Source of the DNA: Lingula anatina
Taxonomy: Eukaryota > Animalia > Brachiopoda
Length of the DNA stretch: 64,000 nt
Direction: 5' to 3'
NCBI GenBank assembly: GCA_051362555.1
Contig: CM120646.1
Span: forward strand, 14,508,001-14,572,000
Below the pieces are notes generated by a model. The model made no database searches and was not told the origin of the DNA. It was given only the letters and a program-made list of their open reading frames with translations. The translations under genes were made by a program, and so were the position numbers. Shown here piece by piece: positions 51,142 through 64,000 of this stretch. Within the stretch, counting starts at the first letter, position 1, and each line of letters opens with the position of its first letter.

Positions 51142-54100
51142 AGCGGGAGAGAGAAAGAGAGACAGAAAGAGTGAGAGAGAGAGTGAAGTGCGCTCTTGTC
51201 ATCGATTTTAATTTAAAAAAATACAGCAGTGCTCTTCTACATGTATCACCGACGTAAAGCAAGTTTAAGAACAATGTCTTAATTTGTCGCTTAAACTAGG
51301 AATACGTCTAACTGGTCGTATTCTTATCTAAGCTAACAAATGTCCCTCACTTCAGAGCTCGAGGCTGTATGAGCTTTCGTTGCCAGACAAAACGATTGAT
51401 TTTTGTCTGTCCCACTTCGAGGCTTTGTGGCGGATATTAAGCTTGTTTAGCTGTGCCATTTCACTGACACTTGTCCGCTTTAAATTCTTGAGTGAGCTGG
51501 CGTAATTTGAATAGAGTTACCTCATTTTACCAATCTATCAATTATATTTGATAATAAGACTATCGATCTTCCGATTGAGTAAGGAAATCGATGTACTTTG
51601 TGGATAAAATTGTTTTTGCAGACTCGTAGACCAATCCATAAAACACGGCTCAACAAGCAGGCCTCTTGGTGCATGTAAATACAATAGCGCCATTCCGTTC
51701 TCTGGTCAATTGGCTGCTCATTTGAACTGTTGGTCTAAATCAAATTTCTAAAACAAAAATTAACCTGTTCAATATAAATTTCTTTAAATTCAAATTTAAA
51801 GCCATTTTGTATAATAGTATTTCCACTTTTGTACATTGCAATAACCCACTGTGGGGTAATATTTTTATAAGTTAAGAAATATTTTACCCACAAAGATGTA
51901 AGAGAGAAAGACAGCCATTAAGGGCTTTAAATTTTTTCGAACCCCATCATCCCTGTTTTTATTTACACACTCGTTCAACACTAACACGTGCAAATGTGTA
52001 TATAATAGTAAATGTGTCGCATCTCTGACTCCAGCTTGAACTTGGCGCTTCGCGAAAATTTGAAAAAAAAAAACTTAGGCATAACTTTCGTGTCTGGTAT
52101 GCTTCAGAGGTAATCGAATTCGCAGCATGTTGTTTAAAGGGTTACAGTGTAAATGTGATGTCAATCACTCTTCAGTCAATCTATGTCTTTCCCATAGTCC
52201 AGTAAAGTGGTCCATCAAATAAATATCAACATGGCTGTTATGGATTATAAGAAACTGATTAAAATAAAACCAGTGACATGAATGTGCCCTTTTGTCACTG
52301 ATGAAAATATACAACTGCCCAAAAACGCCATTAATGTTAAATAAACGTTTTATTGGTTAAACTTAATACACGGTTGACTGGTTATTTCAGCCCAGACATG
52401 CACATCTCCCTCGACGCCCGCCAGTGCTAGCGAAGTGCTTGGGGGACTTAACAGCGGGGATAACGTTACATACGTCTGCGATTCTGGCTTTCATCTGGTT
52501 AGTGGGGACCTTGTTCGCTTTTGCTTTGACAACGGGACGTGGAGTGGTTCAGCACCAGTATGTGAAAGTAAGAAACGACCTTTAAAGAGATGGAATATGT
52601 TAAAAAAACAGACTGAGAAATAGTTCATAGCAGATCGATTAATCAACGTTTTTGATTAAACCTTTACAGTGGCACTGAGTGATGATGCATTTCGACATTG
52701 CGTTAATTGGTAATGGATAAGCAGTATAGGAATGCCATAATAAGAGAAATTATATGTAAAAAAATATATATGATCCATGACAAATCATTTCGTAAAATAT
52801 ATTTGAATTATGTCAGCCGATTGTTGAGTTATTTAGGTTTACATTTCATTTTTATTTACCCGACGTACCAGTAGACAGGGACACGTATACGTATGTCGAT
52901 CCTTTTTCCGCCTCTTTCTTGTAGGAGGAATTCGACCGATAGCTTTCTGGCCGCTTGATGCCAACAGTCTTGGGAATGACCTCAGTGGAAACGGTCACCA
53001 TGGAGTTCTCCACAGCATCAGCCCAGACGTTGGTCCCTATGGAGCCAAACATGCCCTGCGCTTTTCCAGACTCACTCTGTCGCACATCGTGATACCCGCG
53101 CATGCTGAATTAGCTTTAAGAAGTTTTACTCTCATTTTCCTTGTGTATCCTGAAACATTAGCTGCCGCTACTCTGTTTGAGTATGTCCCGCCTAGCTATT
53201 ATGGACCGCATGTATGGCAATTTCCACACGGAACGTCCTTGTACACTAACCTTGTTGATTCATCGTGGGGGAGTCACGCAATGTGGTACCTAAATGCGTT
53301 CACTGTCAACACTTGGCACAAAGTCATCGTGCAGTACGATCGTAGCACTGGTCAAGCCACACTTGGGTTTGGTTCGTTAGATTCCCAAGAATTCACTAAT
53401 GAAACATCTACACTGGGACAGTTTGATATGTATACAGACGGCGCTGACCTTTACTTTGGCAGAAGGGGAAACCTTGGCAGCCATACCTTCGATGGGCGAA
53501 TGGCCTGTGCTCAGCTGTTTGACGCGGTCATAAGTCTGGAGGACGTCAACGAAGCTTGGGAGAGATGCAAAGAAAGGGCGAATCTTAGTGAGTACAGAGC
53601 TGGCTGGCTCCCGGTATATAGTGTAATTAAAGTGTGGGCAAGATGGAGTGAAGATATTTAGTTAGTTTGACAAATGTTGATTTCCTTCTGTGTTTCAGGA
53701 GAAAATTCATTCATCTCTCAAATAATCTCTTCATATATTAGGTTCACATAATCAGTGCTCGCTAATAAATCACCACGATTACTCAATCTCCATCTCTGAT
53801 ACACGACACTGGTTCATCTTTTAATAGGCTGCCCTCTCCCAGACCCTGGAGTGCACGCAAGTTTCACTGGGAACCTCACCATGGGCTCAGTGGTGTCATA
53901 TAGCTGTCACCCTGGCAATGGCCACATCAACGGGGACACTGACAGAACATGTCTAGGGAATCTGACTTGGTCAGGAAGTCGCATGGAATGTGGAAGTGAG
54001 TTTTCTTTTTTTTATTTTCTTACATGCAGTCACCCTAGATATAGGATTCTTCGCTACATTTATACGTACTTTCGTTCTACATATTTACTGGTATGTGATT

Positions 54101-57100
54101 AATAAATGGAAAACTTGCAGTGCAGCGTTTTACCATTGTAAATATACCAGTAAGATGACATACAGCTTAGATAGACAGGAAGAGAATTTCCCAACAATAC
54201 AATATATATTACCTCCGGATCCTTTCATTTGATAAAATTTTAATAATACTTATAAAACTTTTAATTCTTATTATCATTATTGTATTTCTCTACTCAATTC
54301 TACGAATAAACGGTTAACTGATATGAAAATACAATGGGTCTAAACAAATGACGCCAAATCTTGCACGGTACATTTATATGTCATATGGTTAAGCTGGGGA
54401 TCAAACAAATTTTAACCTTTAACTTTTATCTTCATAGTGAGGCCGTCTAAAACTCACGACAAACGCGCAGTCCCTAGCAACCATACGCAAGACCATCACG
54501 CCATCTATCTTTTTATTGCATTAAATTTTTGCAGCTCTGTCCTGCAGCGACCCAGGGTTTGTTGCCAACAGCACCAAGGAACCTTCTGCGAGCCAAGATT
54601 TCGGTATCGGAGACAACGTCACCTACACCTGTGACAGCTGGTACTTGCTGACTTCGGGCACAGCAACTCGCGTTTGTCAGACTGACCTCACGTGGAGCGA
54701 TTCAGCACCTGTCTGTGACGGTTAGAACTCAATCTTACTTGTTGTGTAGGAAATTAATTGTCTTTTGTCGCAAAATACTATTTATATGATACTCACGAAT
54801 AGGTATCAATGGCAATCTGACGTATAATTCATGCAGTTTGTACCTGGTGTTAATAGGTATCGTTCGTGTCGCCAGATACAGTCTTTAGAACTACTGTAAA
54901 TTCCTACCCATAGAGTCGCTACGGCAGATGTAAAAAAAGTAACATAAACATATTACACTGCTACAGAAAAGCATTTAATGCCTGTTAAGATTACCAATCT
55001 AATGTGCTTATTTCAACACCGCATTCTTGTGTTAAGTTAGGCAGCTCATGCAGGATAATTATTGTAAAATAAACTGTTTCAGAGTCTCCCGATTGGTACA
55101 CACCGTGTGACGGGAACTGGGAACACGGTTACTATGGCAGCTGCTACATATTTAACACTACAAGGGTGAACTGGGCTGAAGCCAGTGCCGTTTGCCATGA
55201 GAAAGGCGGCCATTTGTGGGTACCGGAGACCATCAGTGAAAGAGATTACATCCGGGGCATTATAACTTCGACCACAGAATACCAATCAGAAGACGAATGG
55301 TGGGCGGGTATGTGCACTAATGTTGTAGAATTGAGCCTATATCATTGAGACCAGTTTAACAAATGAACAACTAGCACAGGGCATATAAAATGAAGGTATT
55401 AATAACGATTAGAGGCACAAAAGTCCGGAATGTGGCTCATTTCTAATAACCGTTTTTTGATTAATCCTTATACCACGGTGAGATATGATATTCATATTTT
55501 CACCCCCAGTCGAGCTCTTCAGATTCACTTTATTTGACTGTACCTTACTATGAATAACGTTTGATGTTGGCCGGTACTTTTATCACTGATTGTTTTGAGA
55601 GTTCTTTACACTGCCATGATGATTGACCACATTCACTGGTAACGCACGAGTATGTGGATTGCCAGTAATTCAAGTTCTTCATTATTTCTATAAATGTAAC
55701 GAATTCAAAAGAATCCAATTCTTTTATGTTTATTAATGCCCCTAAGTGCCCCCAATATATGGCAGTGACATCATCATCTATTCTTGTTAAATCCAGGTAT
55801 ATCCGACCCATGGTATACTGAGGCGAGCATTCCACAATCCGGTTCGATGTTACAAGAGAATGTGTTCCACGGTAACGAGCCAAATAATCTGCACAAAGTT
55901 CATGCTCGCTTGAAGACTGCTGCCCTCAGAGATAGCAATGCAGACAGAAACATTCCGTACATATGTGAACAGAGCACAGGTAAAAGAGTCGTTTCCGCTT
56001 TCAGTCCGTACCTATTTAATTTGATTAATATTCGGACTGATAAAGGAAGTGCGCATCTTTGTAAAATGACAAAATACGTGTGGACAATGCACCTATTTAC
56101 ATGCCGGAACATTTAAATAAGAAGTTCCTGTAAGGCTTCATAACTATTTCTTAGCGATGTTGTTGATACACATTATCGCACGACAGTTTGCATCAAAAAC
56201 CTGTAAATACCTTGCAAATACGCGCAGGTGTGTAAAAGTCACGTATTTATATGGTGCAGTAGAGTTTGTATATACCTATATTGTATATGCCTTATTGTAA
56301 ATCGGAATGTTGTTTTAAAACAACTCCTTTGAGTCCAATTTATTCCTTAATTTTTCTTTTGTCAAAATAAACGGGATGTCAACTGTATTTTCTTAATTAA
56401 GTGATGACGTACCTTGATATTGTAGCGTACCTTGGTTGTTATCGCTCTGAGCCTGGCACATCTGCCACCTTCACCAGTTCATACAACATGAACCTTCAAC
56501 AATGTATAGAATACTGTCGAGGTTTGTACCATGCCTACGCCGGCGTCTGCTCTGGCGAGTGTTTTTGTTCTGCGACAGTGAACCACGGCAACAAGGAGAA
56601 CGACTTCAGCCACTGTAACGCGATGTGCCCCGGGAATAAGTATCAGTATTGCGGTGGAGACGGTCATGTGTCTTTGTATCTTGTTAGTAAGTATTCCTTA
56701 AGGGGTTAAGAAAGGGGGGATCCATAGTCTTGTACTTAAAGATCTCGAAGGGATAATGATAAATGGTATTCTGCTCTGCTACTTCGATAATTTTTTTATT
56801 TGTTTGTTCTTTAAAATGGCGAATTCGCTGCCTATCCCCTGCCTTTTGATAACAGAGATTTCTGAAATTTAAACAAGAATTTGTTTTGGTTAATTAGTCA
56901 AAATAGCCACTTTTAAAATTTATGATGAATTGTATTTAAGCGTGGATTCCAATTGCCGCCTATTCCTGCCAAGAGTTGTTCACCCATGGTGTTCGAGAAC
57001 ATGGTTGGTACTGGGTGTCTGCGGTAGGAATGGATTCAAATACACGCTTAGAGTGCTTCACTCCCAGTGAGTATATTAAGTGCACCATCTTCAAATCACG

Positions 57101-58216
57101 TTTTCTAGAACAACAAGAAAGGAAATGGCTGTTTCTGTGAGGTGACAATTTATTGTTGTCGACTTAAAAAGTCGTTTTGTATTCTTTTAATTGTGAAGCC
57201 ATTTGTATGCATTCTCCGTTTCTTGTTCCATTTGCGCCTTGTAGATTGTCAATACTCAACATCGTCTTCATCATCATGTTCAGAATTATGATTTTTACAG
57301 TTTTACAGTAGCAAAATCGAAACGAAACTATTTATAGACAAATACGATTCACAACGATGGTTTTAAACAATCACAGAAGACAAGAAGCTTACATCTTCCT
57401 TGTAATAACAAATGCGTTTTTATGTACAAAGCCAGGTCTTTGTCATCTTCTCAAATTGATTTTGTTTGTTGTCGTTGTTTTTGTTGCAGATCCGTGTAAT
57501 GACTGGTTGGTTTACCAACTAAATGATGCTTCAATATCAGCCTCATCTAGCCGCGCGAATTTATCTCATACACAAATAAGGTAATTACCACAATATGCAA
57601 ACAGTTTGAGTTAGAATAGTTTAGTGTTTTTTGGTGGCATGTGTGCCGCACAATAAATTAACGATTAAAAACAAATTAAAGTTGTCAAATTACAAATGAT
57701 CATTGATTATATAGGGATAATCAAATGGTAGTATTTCTTAAAAATACATTATTACATTCAGCTATCATAATAACCATCAAGACAGTAAAAAAAAGAAGGG
57801 ATTTATACATACCGTGTATTAATCTTTAGTTGATAAGAACTTACTATACCACAACTACGGCATCAACCAACCCAACATTCTAGCAATTTGACTGGATTGT
57901 CAATTTTCCATCACCTAATACGTCTTTTTAGACTGTTCGGTGAGAGTGGATGGGGACCGGATGTCACAGCGGATACAAACGGATCTTGGATCCAGTTTAC
58001 CCTGCCACAGCAATATATCATCACCGCGTTTCGCTCTCAAGGTAGTCCTATAACACATTTTACTTATTGTGCATATAACCTTGTGTTGTTTCTCCGTTAT
58101 GATAGAGTCTTTATAAATTATATATGGTTTTAATCTTTGCTTATTACGTTCTATGCCTAATAATGGAAGTAGACGGGTTATTTCCCATGTAAATATCCCG
58201 CTTGCACCAAGTAAAG

Positions 58217-58248
<32 letters not shown>

Positions 58249-61200
58249 GTTTTTAAATATAATTGGTGTTGGATATATTTAGTATTTCGACCTTATGACT
58301 ATAGGTCACAGAAATTGGTCTTATTTCTTCCATTCTTTTATTTGATTTCGTTTTATCTTCTATTTATACACTTTTTGTGAGAACTAGATTTTATTTTTAA
58401 TGCAAGCCACATAAATTTTTAATGAAAACTTACAACATTCCTTATTCAATGTATTTACAGGGAGAAATTCATTTGATCAGTTTGAGAGAGTCAGGCATTT
58501 CACAGTTCAGTTCCGAGACTCGCACAATAATTGTGGATGGACTGATTATAGAAACAGCTCTGATATTCATGCGGTAATTAAGTACTGTGTGCGTGTGCCT
58601 ATGTGCATGTGTGCGCGCGCGTGTGTGTGTGTTCGTGTTGATTCAAAGTATTAGATTGTGTTATCCGTACACGTGCAATCTTAGCACAGTGCCGTGGTCA
58701 GAAGTTTCCAATATAAAGCGATTTTGTGCAAAGTTATTAGCATCATTAAAAGGTTGCACAGGAAAGAAAAAAAAAATGTGAAAATAACAAAACTGCCTCC
58801 ATTCTCTACATTTGATAACAATTCGTATTTAAGTTTAATGCAGAAGGCCCAACGAACAGTGATTTCAACACTCCCACCGACAGTGTTGTAGACCAACCCT
58901 TCGTGGCCACAGACCTGCGCTTCATTCCCGATACACTCAGTTGTCTGGGCTCCGGGTGTGTTATGAGACTGGGCTTTAGTGGATGTCCTTACGATACTTT
59001 CTCGGGTAAGTTATACAGGTTAATACAACAGGAGCAAGTACACCACGTCTGGCTCTTTCGCTCTAAACACTGGCCTAGGTATGAATAACTCGTGACGCTG
59101 TTTATTATTTTTTTTAATGCCAATGCATGATGTCTCGGGTGGTAAAATCGGTAGCGATATTTTGTGAGGAGTGTGTGCATTTTAGCACTTAAATTAAAGT
59201 TGAAATGTTTGTTTTCACATTGCTTTGAAGAAGTATTATATCACAGCAGATTTAGCAGAAAGTAAAACAAACTTTAAATCCTATAAAACGGCATTTAACC
59301 TATCGTCATGGCAACTATACTGACGAGAAATAAATTTCAGTTTTTATTATTCTGGCCTCTTAGAAACAGAAACATATGTAGGATGCTTCTTGGACAACCC
59401 AAATGATCCGGAATATCCTGGAGTCGTATCTGAGAACATTACGTCATCCACTGATTGTATTACCCTCTGTGAACAGAGCAACTTCCTGTATGCGGCAGTG
59501 TCTAACTGTAAGTATTCTGTCATTGGCATACAAACCCCCTTTCATAAAACATTGGATTCTGCTGTTTGGATTACCCTTAAAACATTTAGGTGTAGATGTA
59601 CTTAGAGACCAGTGGACACATGCAGTACGTGAGCCAAAAATATTATCGTAGATTTATTGGGACCATATATTGTGGTGTGGGGGAGGGGTTGGCAAGCTTT
59701 ATTCTGGATCTTCAGTTAGAACATATGCTTTGTTTCCTAACGATAATGTTATGGGAGTCTTAAATATGACGGTCACGTCAGATTTGCCACGGATATTTCA
59801 TATTTTACCGGAGCCATCATATCACCCTTAAATAACTTTACCATTATGGTAATATATCTGAAAAGTAACTGAGTTTATTCAAAGCAAACATCGTGACTTC
59901 TATTTCAGCTACAGTATGCTCTTGCGGGAACCAGTATGGCAAATACGGAAAGAGTCTTGAGGGGATGTGTAATACGCAGTGTTCTGGCAGTCCTGGGGAC
60001 AGATGCGGGGGAGAGTTTTTCAACTCTGTATTCAGGGTTTGGAGTGAGTACTGTGTGCAATTGCTGTTTGTGTTTAGCGTTCAACTGATTCTTAAAGGAG
60101 TAACAACTTTTCATTTTGGCCAAAAAGAGGATTCTACCTGGGGTAAACGACAATTTTCCCATACCTGCCAATGGTTTATGAATCCGTTCCGACATTCATT
60201 TGGTTTTTGTAATAATCTCTTAAAAGATTATTACGAGGGTACGTAGCCATCTACGAATATCCACATGGTCCAAAAGCAAGCACAGCTTTCAGAATGATTT
60301 TGATAACAGCCGTTTTGGTAGCAAAATATAATTTATTATATTTCTACACCAGAAAAGATATATTTGGCTTTGTGTCGTATTTCTATGTTAAATAATCTGT
60401 GGTAAGTTAGAGATGGCCGATTACTTCGTTTAATGCATTATTCTTAACGACTGGTGGCTGTAACAATGTAAGTGATTGTAGAAACTTACCTCACTTTAAT
60501 TTCAATTCTTGTCGTCTCTTTAAGGTTTAAAATGCCCGGAATTGCCAGCAGTATCGCAAATGGCTCTAAATACGACGGAACGAAGTCATAACACAGTGAC
60601 TAGGTATGAGTGTCTTCCTGGTTACAAACTGCCAGCGGGAGTCAATGAATCGGTCAGTCTGACCTGTGTACAGAGACAGTGGAGAGGTGTCATACCTGCC
60701 AATGGATGTGAACGTAAGCAGCGCTTTGGTTTTCTAAAAAATGCGACTAGTAGTTCTTCTTACAGTACTACTACTACTTCTTCTTCTTCTACTACTACTA
60801 CTACTACTACTACTATTAATTTTAATACTACTACTACTATTTATAATAATAAAAATAACTAGAAAAGCACTCAGGGAGAGCAACCTCCTCCAAGACAAAT
60901 AATAAACTAATAGTTAATCGTTACTTGTTAATTAGTCATCCTAAATAACTTGTCATTTCTTTCTTGGTCCATTGGGAGTTATCTTGAAAATTTAATTAAT
61001 ATTAATTCCAAAACTAACAAAATTTTATCATTTCTTTATAATTGGTGAAAATACATTTCCAAAATATTCCTCAAATACGTTTTGATTTTTCGAACGTACG
61101 TGATATTGTTTCAATTTAATTATTTCAATCTGATCACTTAAAGCCATATTTTTGTACATGGTGACAGTACCAACCACCTGTTGCTATGTAAAGCAGTAGT

Positions 61201-62144
61201 ATTTCAGCAAGGGGAGCACGTTTGGCAAATTTTCTTTTAAATACAAATAACTAACTGCATGTGCTCCATTGTTGACAGGTATAGTTTGTAGCGGTCCTTT
61301 ACCATTCGTTGCAAATGCTACAAGAACAGTGACAGGGTATGTCTCTGACAGTATTGCCGTCTATCGATGCCTGTATGGGCATAAGTACCCGGATAATACA
61401 GACACCCAGGAGATTCATTGCCAGGCGACGGGGATGTGGTCTGCGGTGACACACACAGCGTGTGAAGGTATTTGTATTGTGCCAGTAGCATCGCTGCTAA
61501 TTTTCTTCCATTTCATTATATTGCATACTGCCTCTTTTTGTCTTTTTTCCTTCCTCATTCGTAAAACCTTTGTGTTAAGCATTGAGGCACCCCAGATAGC
61601 GACAAAACATCCAAACGTTGGTATGGTTGGCATTTGGTTGGCGTTGGCTTTCCAACGTTGTGCCAACGTTGGGCCAATATTGGTTGTACAACCAACCATG
61701 CGTTGGGCCAATGCTATCTGGGACGTACCTTCTATATGCCAATTCTTATAGATAAAACATCTTCTGTTCAGGGAGCGGTGTTCATGTAACTGCCATTGGT
61801 ACTAAAGGCTACCTTTTTGAAAACTGAAAAGTTTAAAATATATTTACAATTAAATGATTATATAATTATTGCTAGTAAAATTCAACAACACAAAATCATT
61901 AGAAAAAAATTCTCGCGTGTAAACAGAAACAACATCAAAAATAATAATAATAATTATGCTTTTCATGGTAATTCAGAGAGTGTGTGTAGTGCACCGCCAA
62001 CTGTTTCCAATGCCAACGCAACCTATGACAACCGCACGTGGACATATACCTGCCTCACAGGACACTTCCTACCATCAGGAGGCACGGAGCAAACTCTGTT
62101 CTGTAACTTACTGGCACAGTGGGAAGGGAGCGTCGAAAATTGCG
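50517..62144 (+). CDS. Large secreted/extracellular mosaic protein: signal-CCP-LamG-CCP-CCP-C-type lectin-WSC-FA58C(discoidin)-WSC-CCP-CCP-CCP; 3' end unresolved
   Basis: Exons 50517-50579 and 51058-51091 (putative signal peptide, less certain), 52391-52567 (CCP), 52925-53587 (LamG-like, FWPLD..GNDLSGNG), 53828-53995 and 54535-54720 (CCPs), 55083-55307 + 55797-55979 (CTLD, EPN), 56426-56686 (WSC), 57490-57580 + 57932-58041 + 58461-58573 + 58834-59005 (FA58C, WIQF..SQGR..MRLGFSGC), 59364-59507 + 59909-60043 (WSC), 60525-60713, 61279-61467 and 61977-62144 (CCPs). All junctions are phase-compatible. A possible terminal exon starts at 62434. Confidence 0.82.
61591..61722. mobile_element. Small EnSpm/CMC-like MITE
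   Basis: TIR CCCAGATAGC / GCTATCTGGG, 2-bp TSD AC, internal repeated CCAACGTTGG-type palindromes. Confidence 0.7.
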
Positions 62145-64000
62145 GTATGAAATTCAAGAGCCCAATCATTGTCGACCACTAACCTTCACTGGCTTACTCT
62201 GCATTTTAAAACGAAAGATAATTTGGTCATTTTTATGATATCGACAAAAACTTCAGAAGATTAACTGTGATGCTGGCTGTGAATATTTTGTTTAATTAGA
62301 TTCAGTTGCTCTACATCTACAAGTCATAGGACCTATTCTGCAGTTTCGTCATTTTTGTTTGATATAATGAGTCGTATATACGAAACAGTACTACAAACAT
62401 TGCCAATGTTAACGATTTTTATCTTGATTTCAGAATATTTAAAACAATTATTGACTATTAAAATCCCTGTGTTTGGAAGATAAACCATAGATAAAATTAA
62501 TAAACAGGTTTAAAGAAACGTTTAACACAACGCCGTATGTATAAGGTAGGTATACACTTAATAACCATCGGATTCTTTGCCTCTCGTATTAAAATCTGGA
62601 ATCTGTCAAATACCCTGAAACGCTTGCGTCTATGCTGCAATGTACAAAGGTAAGTAAGAAAATGCAACATTTTTTTTTGCTTCTTTAATCGTTTGAATAC
62701 TGTGGTACGACTTAGCTGTTGAATGGTGTCTCTTGAGGTACCAAATAAGCGTGAGATAATTAATTGGTTATGATGTGTGTATGCATGATATATGTTTGTA
62801 ACAGGTTACTACAGCACGTACTGGCATATCTCAGTGTTCTATTTGCCATGCTACATGTACTACATGTATTTCCTTATTTATGATATGGTCATCAATTGAT
62901 TTGAGAGAGTGCAGGGTGTGTTGTATGAAAGCTTTGGCATTATTCCGAAGTTACAATTCATGGCCCACCGTTGTTGACGTGTCTGGGAGTTTTGAGGGGT
63001 CGGTCTTCAAGGGGTTGACGTAAAGTGTAATAGCGAAGCTTCAGTTGCTGTACATTAACGAGTGTAAGCATGATCCATAGTGTGTTTGTAATGGATTGCT
63101 GCCACACATAAAACATATTTCACAATATTTCTTTCTTCATTCATTTGTTTTGAGGCGTATTATGTAAAAAGAAAATATTTGGTAATCAAAATTTTTGCGC
63201 CTGTATACTAGTGATTCAGCACTGTTTCTGTTGTTACGTGTATGTCACGGTTGAGCTGCAAAGGTTCTGTTGTATGAGTTCTGTAAAAGCAAGGAGTTGT
63301 AAAGAGACCTCTTTACAACTTCTTGGTAAAAGTCATCCCAGTTGTGTCGGATACCATGCTTGCGTTGAGGTTAGCTAAATGAATGCGTTTTGATACTGTG
63401 AACGTGACCTCTGTGCAAGAGACATTTGAAATTACGGGGTTTCTAATTGGAGCCAAACAGGTATTAAAACCCTGCAACTGGTCAATCATGAACAATGACA
63501 CGTGGTTACATTGTATAAGACAAGGTGGTATAATTTTCGTTTTTAAAGACATTAATTGCTACTCATCTTAAAAGAATCCACTGGCAGGTTTGAAGGAAAA
63601 AGATGTTACTGCTGACTGCAACAACTGCATTGTATATACATGGTCTTTTTATGTGTCGAGGACACTTCATGTTTCATGCAACGATCTAACCATTTGACCT
63701 GTAGGACATTTTCAACAGCAGTGAGTGGCCTTTCCCATGGTATTTCACAAAACGAAATATTTGCATATATCAATTTATCAGTGTGACACACCATCTGTTT
63801 CGACTGTGAGGAATGGTCACTACAGGAGAACATGAAGAAATGTGAGATGGGGAAAACTTTGCTGACCGTGACGATGTACATGTATTCCATTCTCTGCATT
63901 TGTATGGCCCGTGCTTAATGAATTTAAGTATGTGGAGTCTCTATATTTTGCGAAATTTAAGACATCGTCATTTCTCAGCCTCAGTAAATCAATCACCTTT

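Noticed and set aside
58694-58891. Apparent stop codon interrupting the FA58C domain
   Set aside because: The stop is in a different frame; the exon 58834-59005 is open.
63313-63899. Short ORFs at the window end
   Set aside because: No recognisable motifs or convincing splice context, so they cannot be assigned to the mosaic gene or to a new gene.
1-64000. CRISPR arrays, rRNA, tRNA, prokaryotic operons, U12-type introns
   Set aside because: None seen. The sequence is eukaryotic, and all modelled introns are GT-AG without the U12 donor consensus.

Overview
AT-rich, intron-containing eukaryotic DNA from an invertebrate animal (GT-AG introns, many microsatellites and MITEs; the species cannot be determined from the sequence). 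I assembled seven spliced protein-coding genes by hand from splice sites and intron phases: (1) a CHST11/HNK-1ST-family Golgi carbohydrate sulfotransferase (+); (2) a CEP55/TNIP2-like EABR-UBAN-zinc-finger protein (-); (3) a 4-coumarate-CoA-ligase/firefly-luciferase-like acyl-CoA synthetase ending in the peroxisomal signal AKL (-); (4) a GH2 lysosomal beta-mannosidase, MANBA (+); (5, 6) two tandem secreted phospholipase A2 paralogues (+); (7) a large secreted mosaic protein, CCP-LamG-CCP2-C-type lectin-WSC-FA58C-WSC-CCP3 (+), whose 3' end is unresolved. A decayed Tc1/mariner element and several MITE families are also present. The most striking observation is in MANBA: the 80-nt exon carrying the catalytic acid/base motif WSGNNENE occurs twice in tandem (32332-32411 and 32992-33071). 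Both copies are intact and have the same phase, and including both would shift the frame, so they look like mutually exclusive exons that swap the active-site segment. Candidate splicing-regulatory motifs surround the first copy. All gene models come from reading the sequence and are not confirmed by transcript data or database searches.
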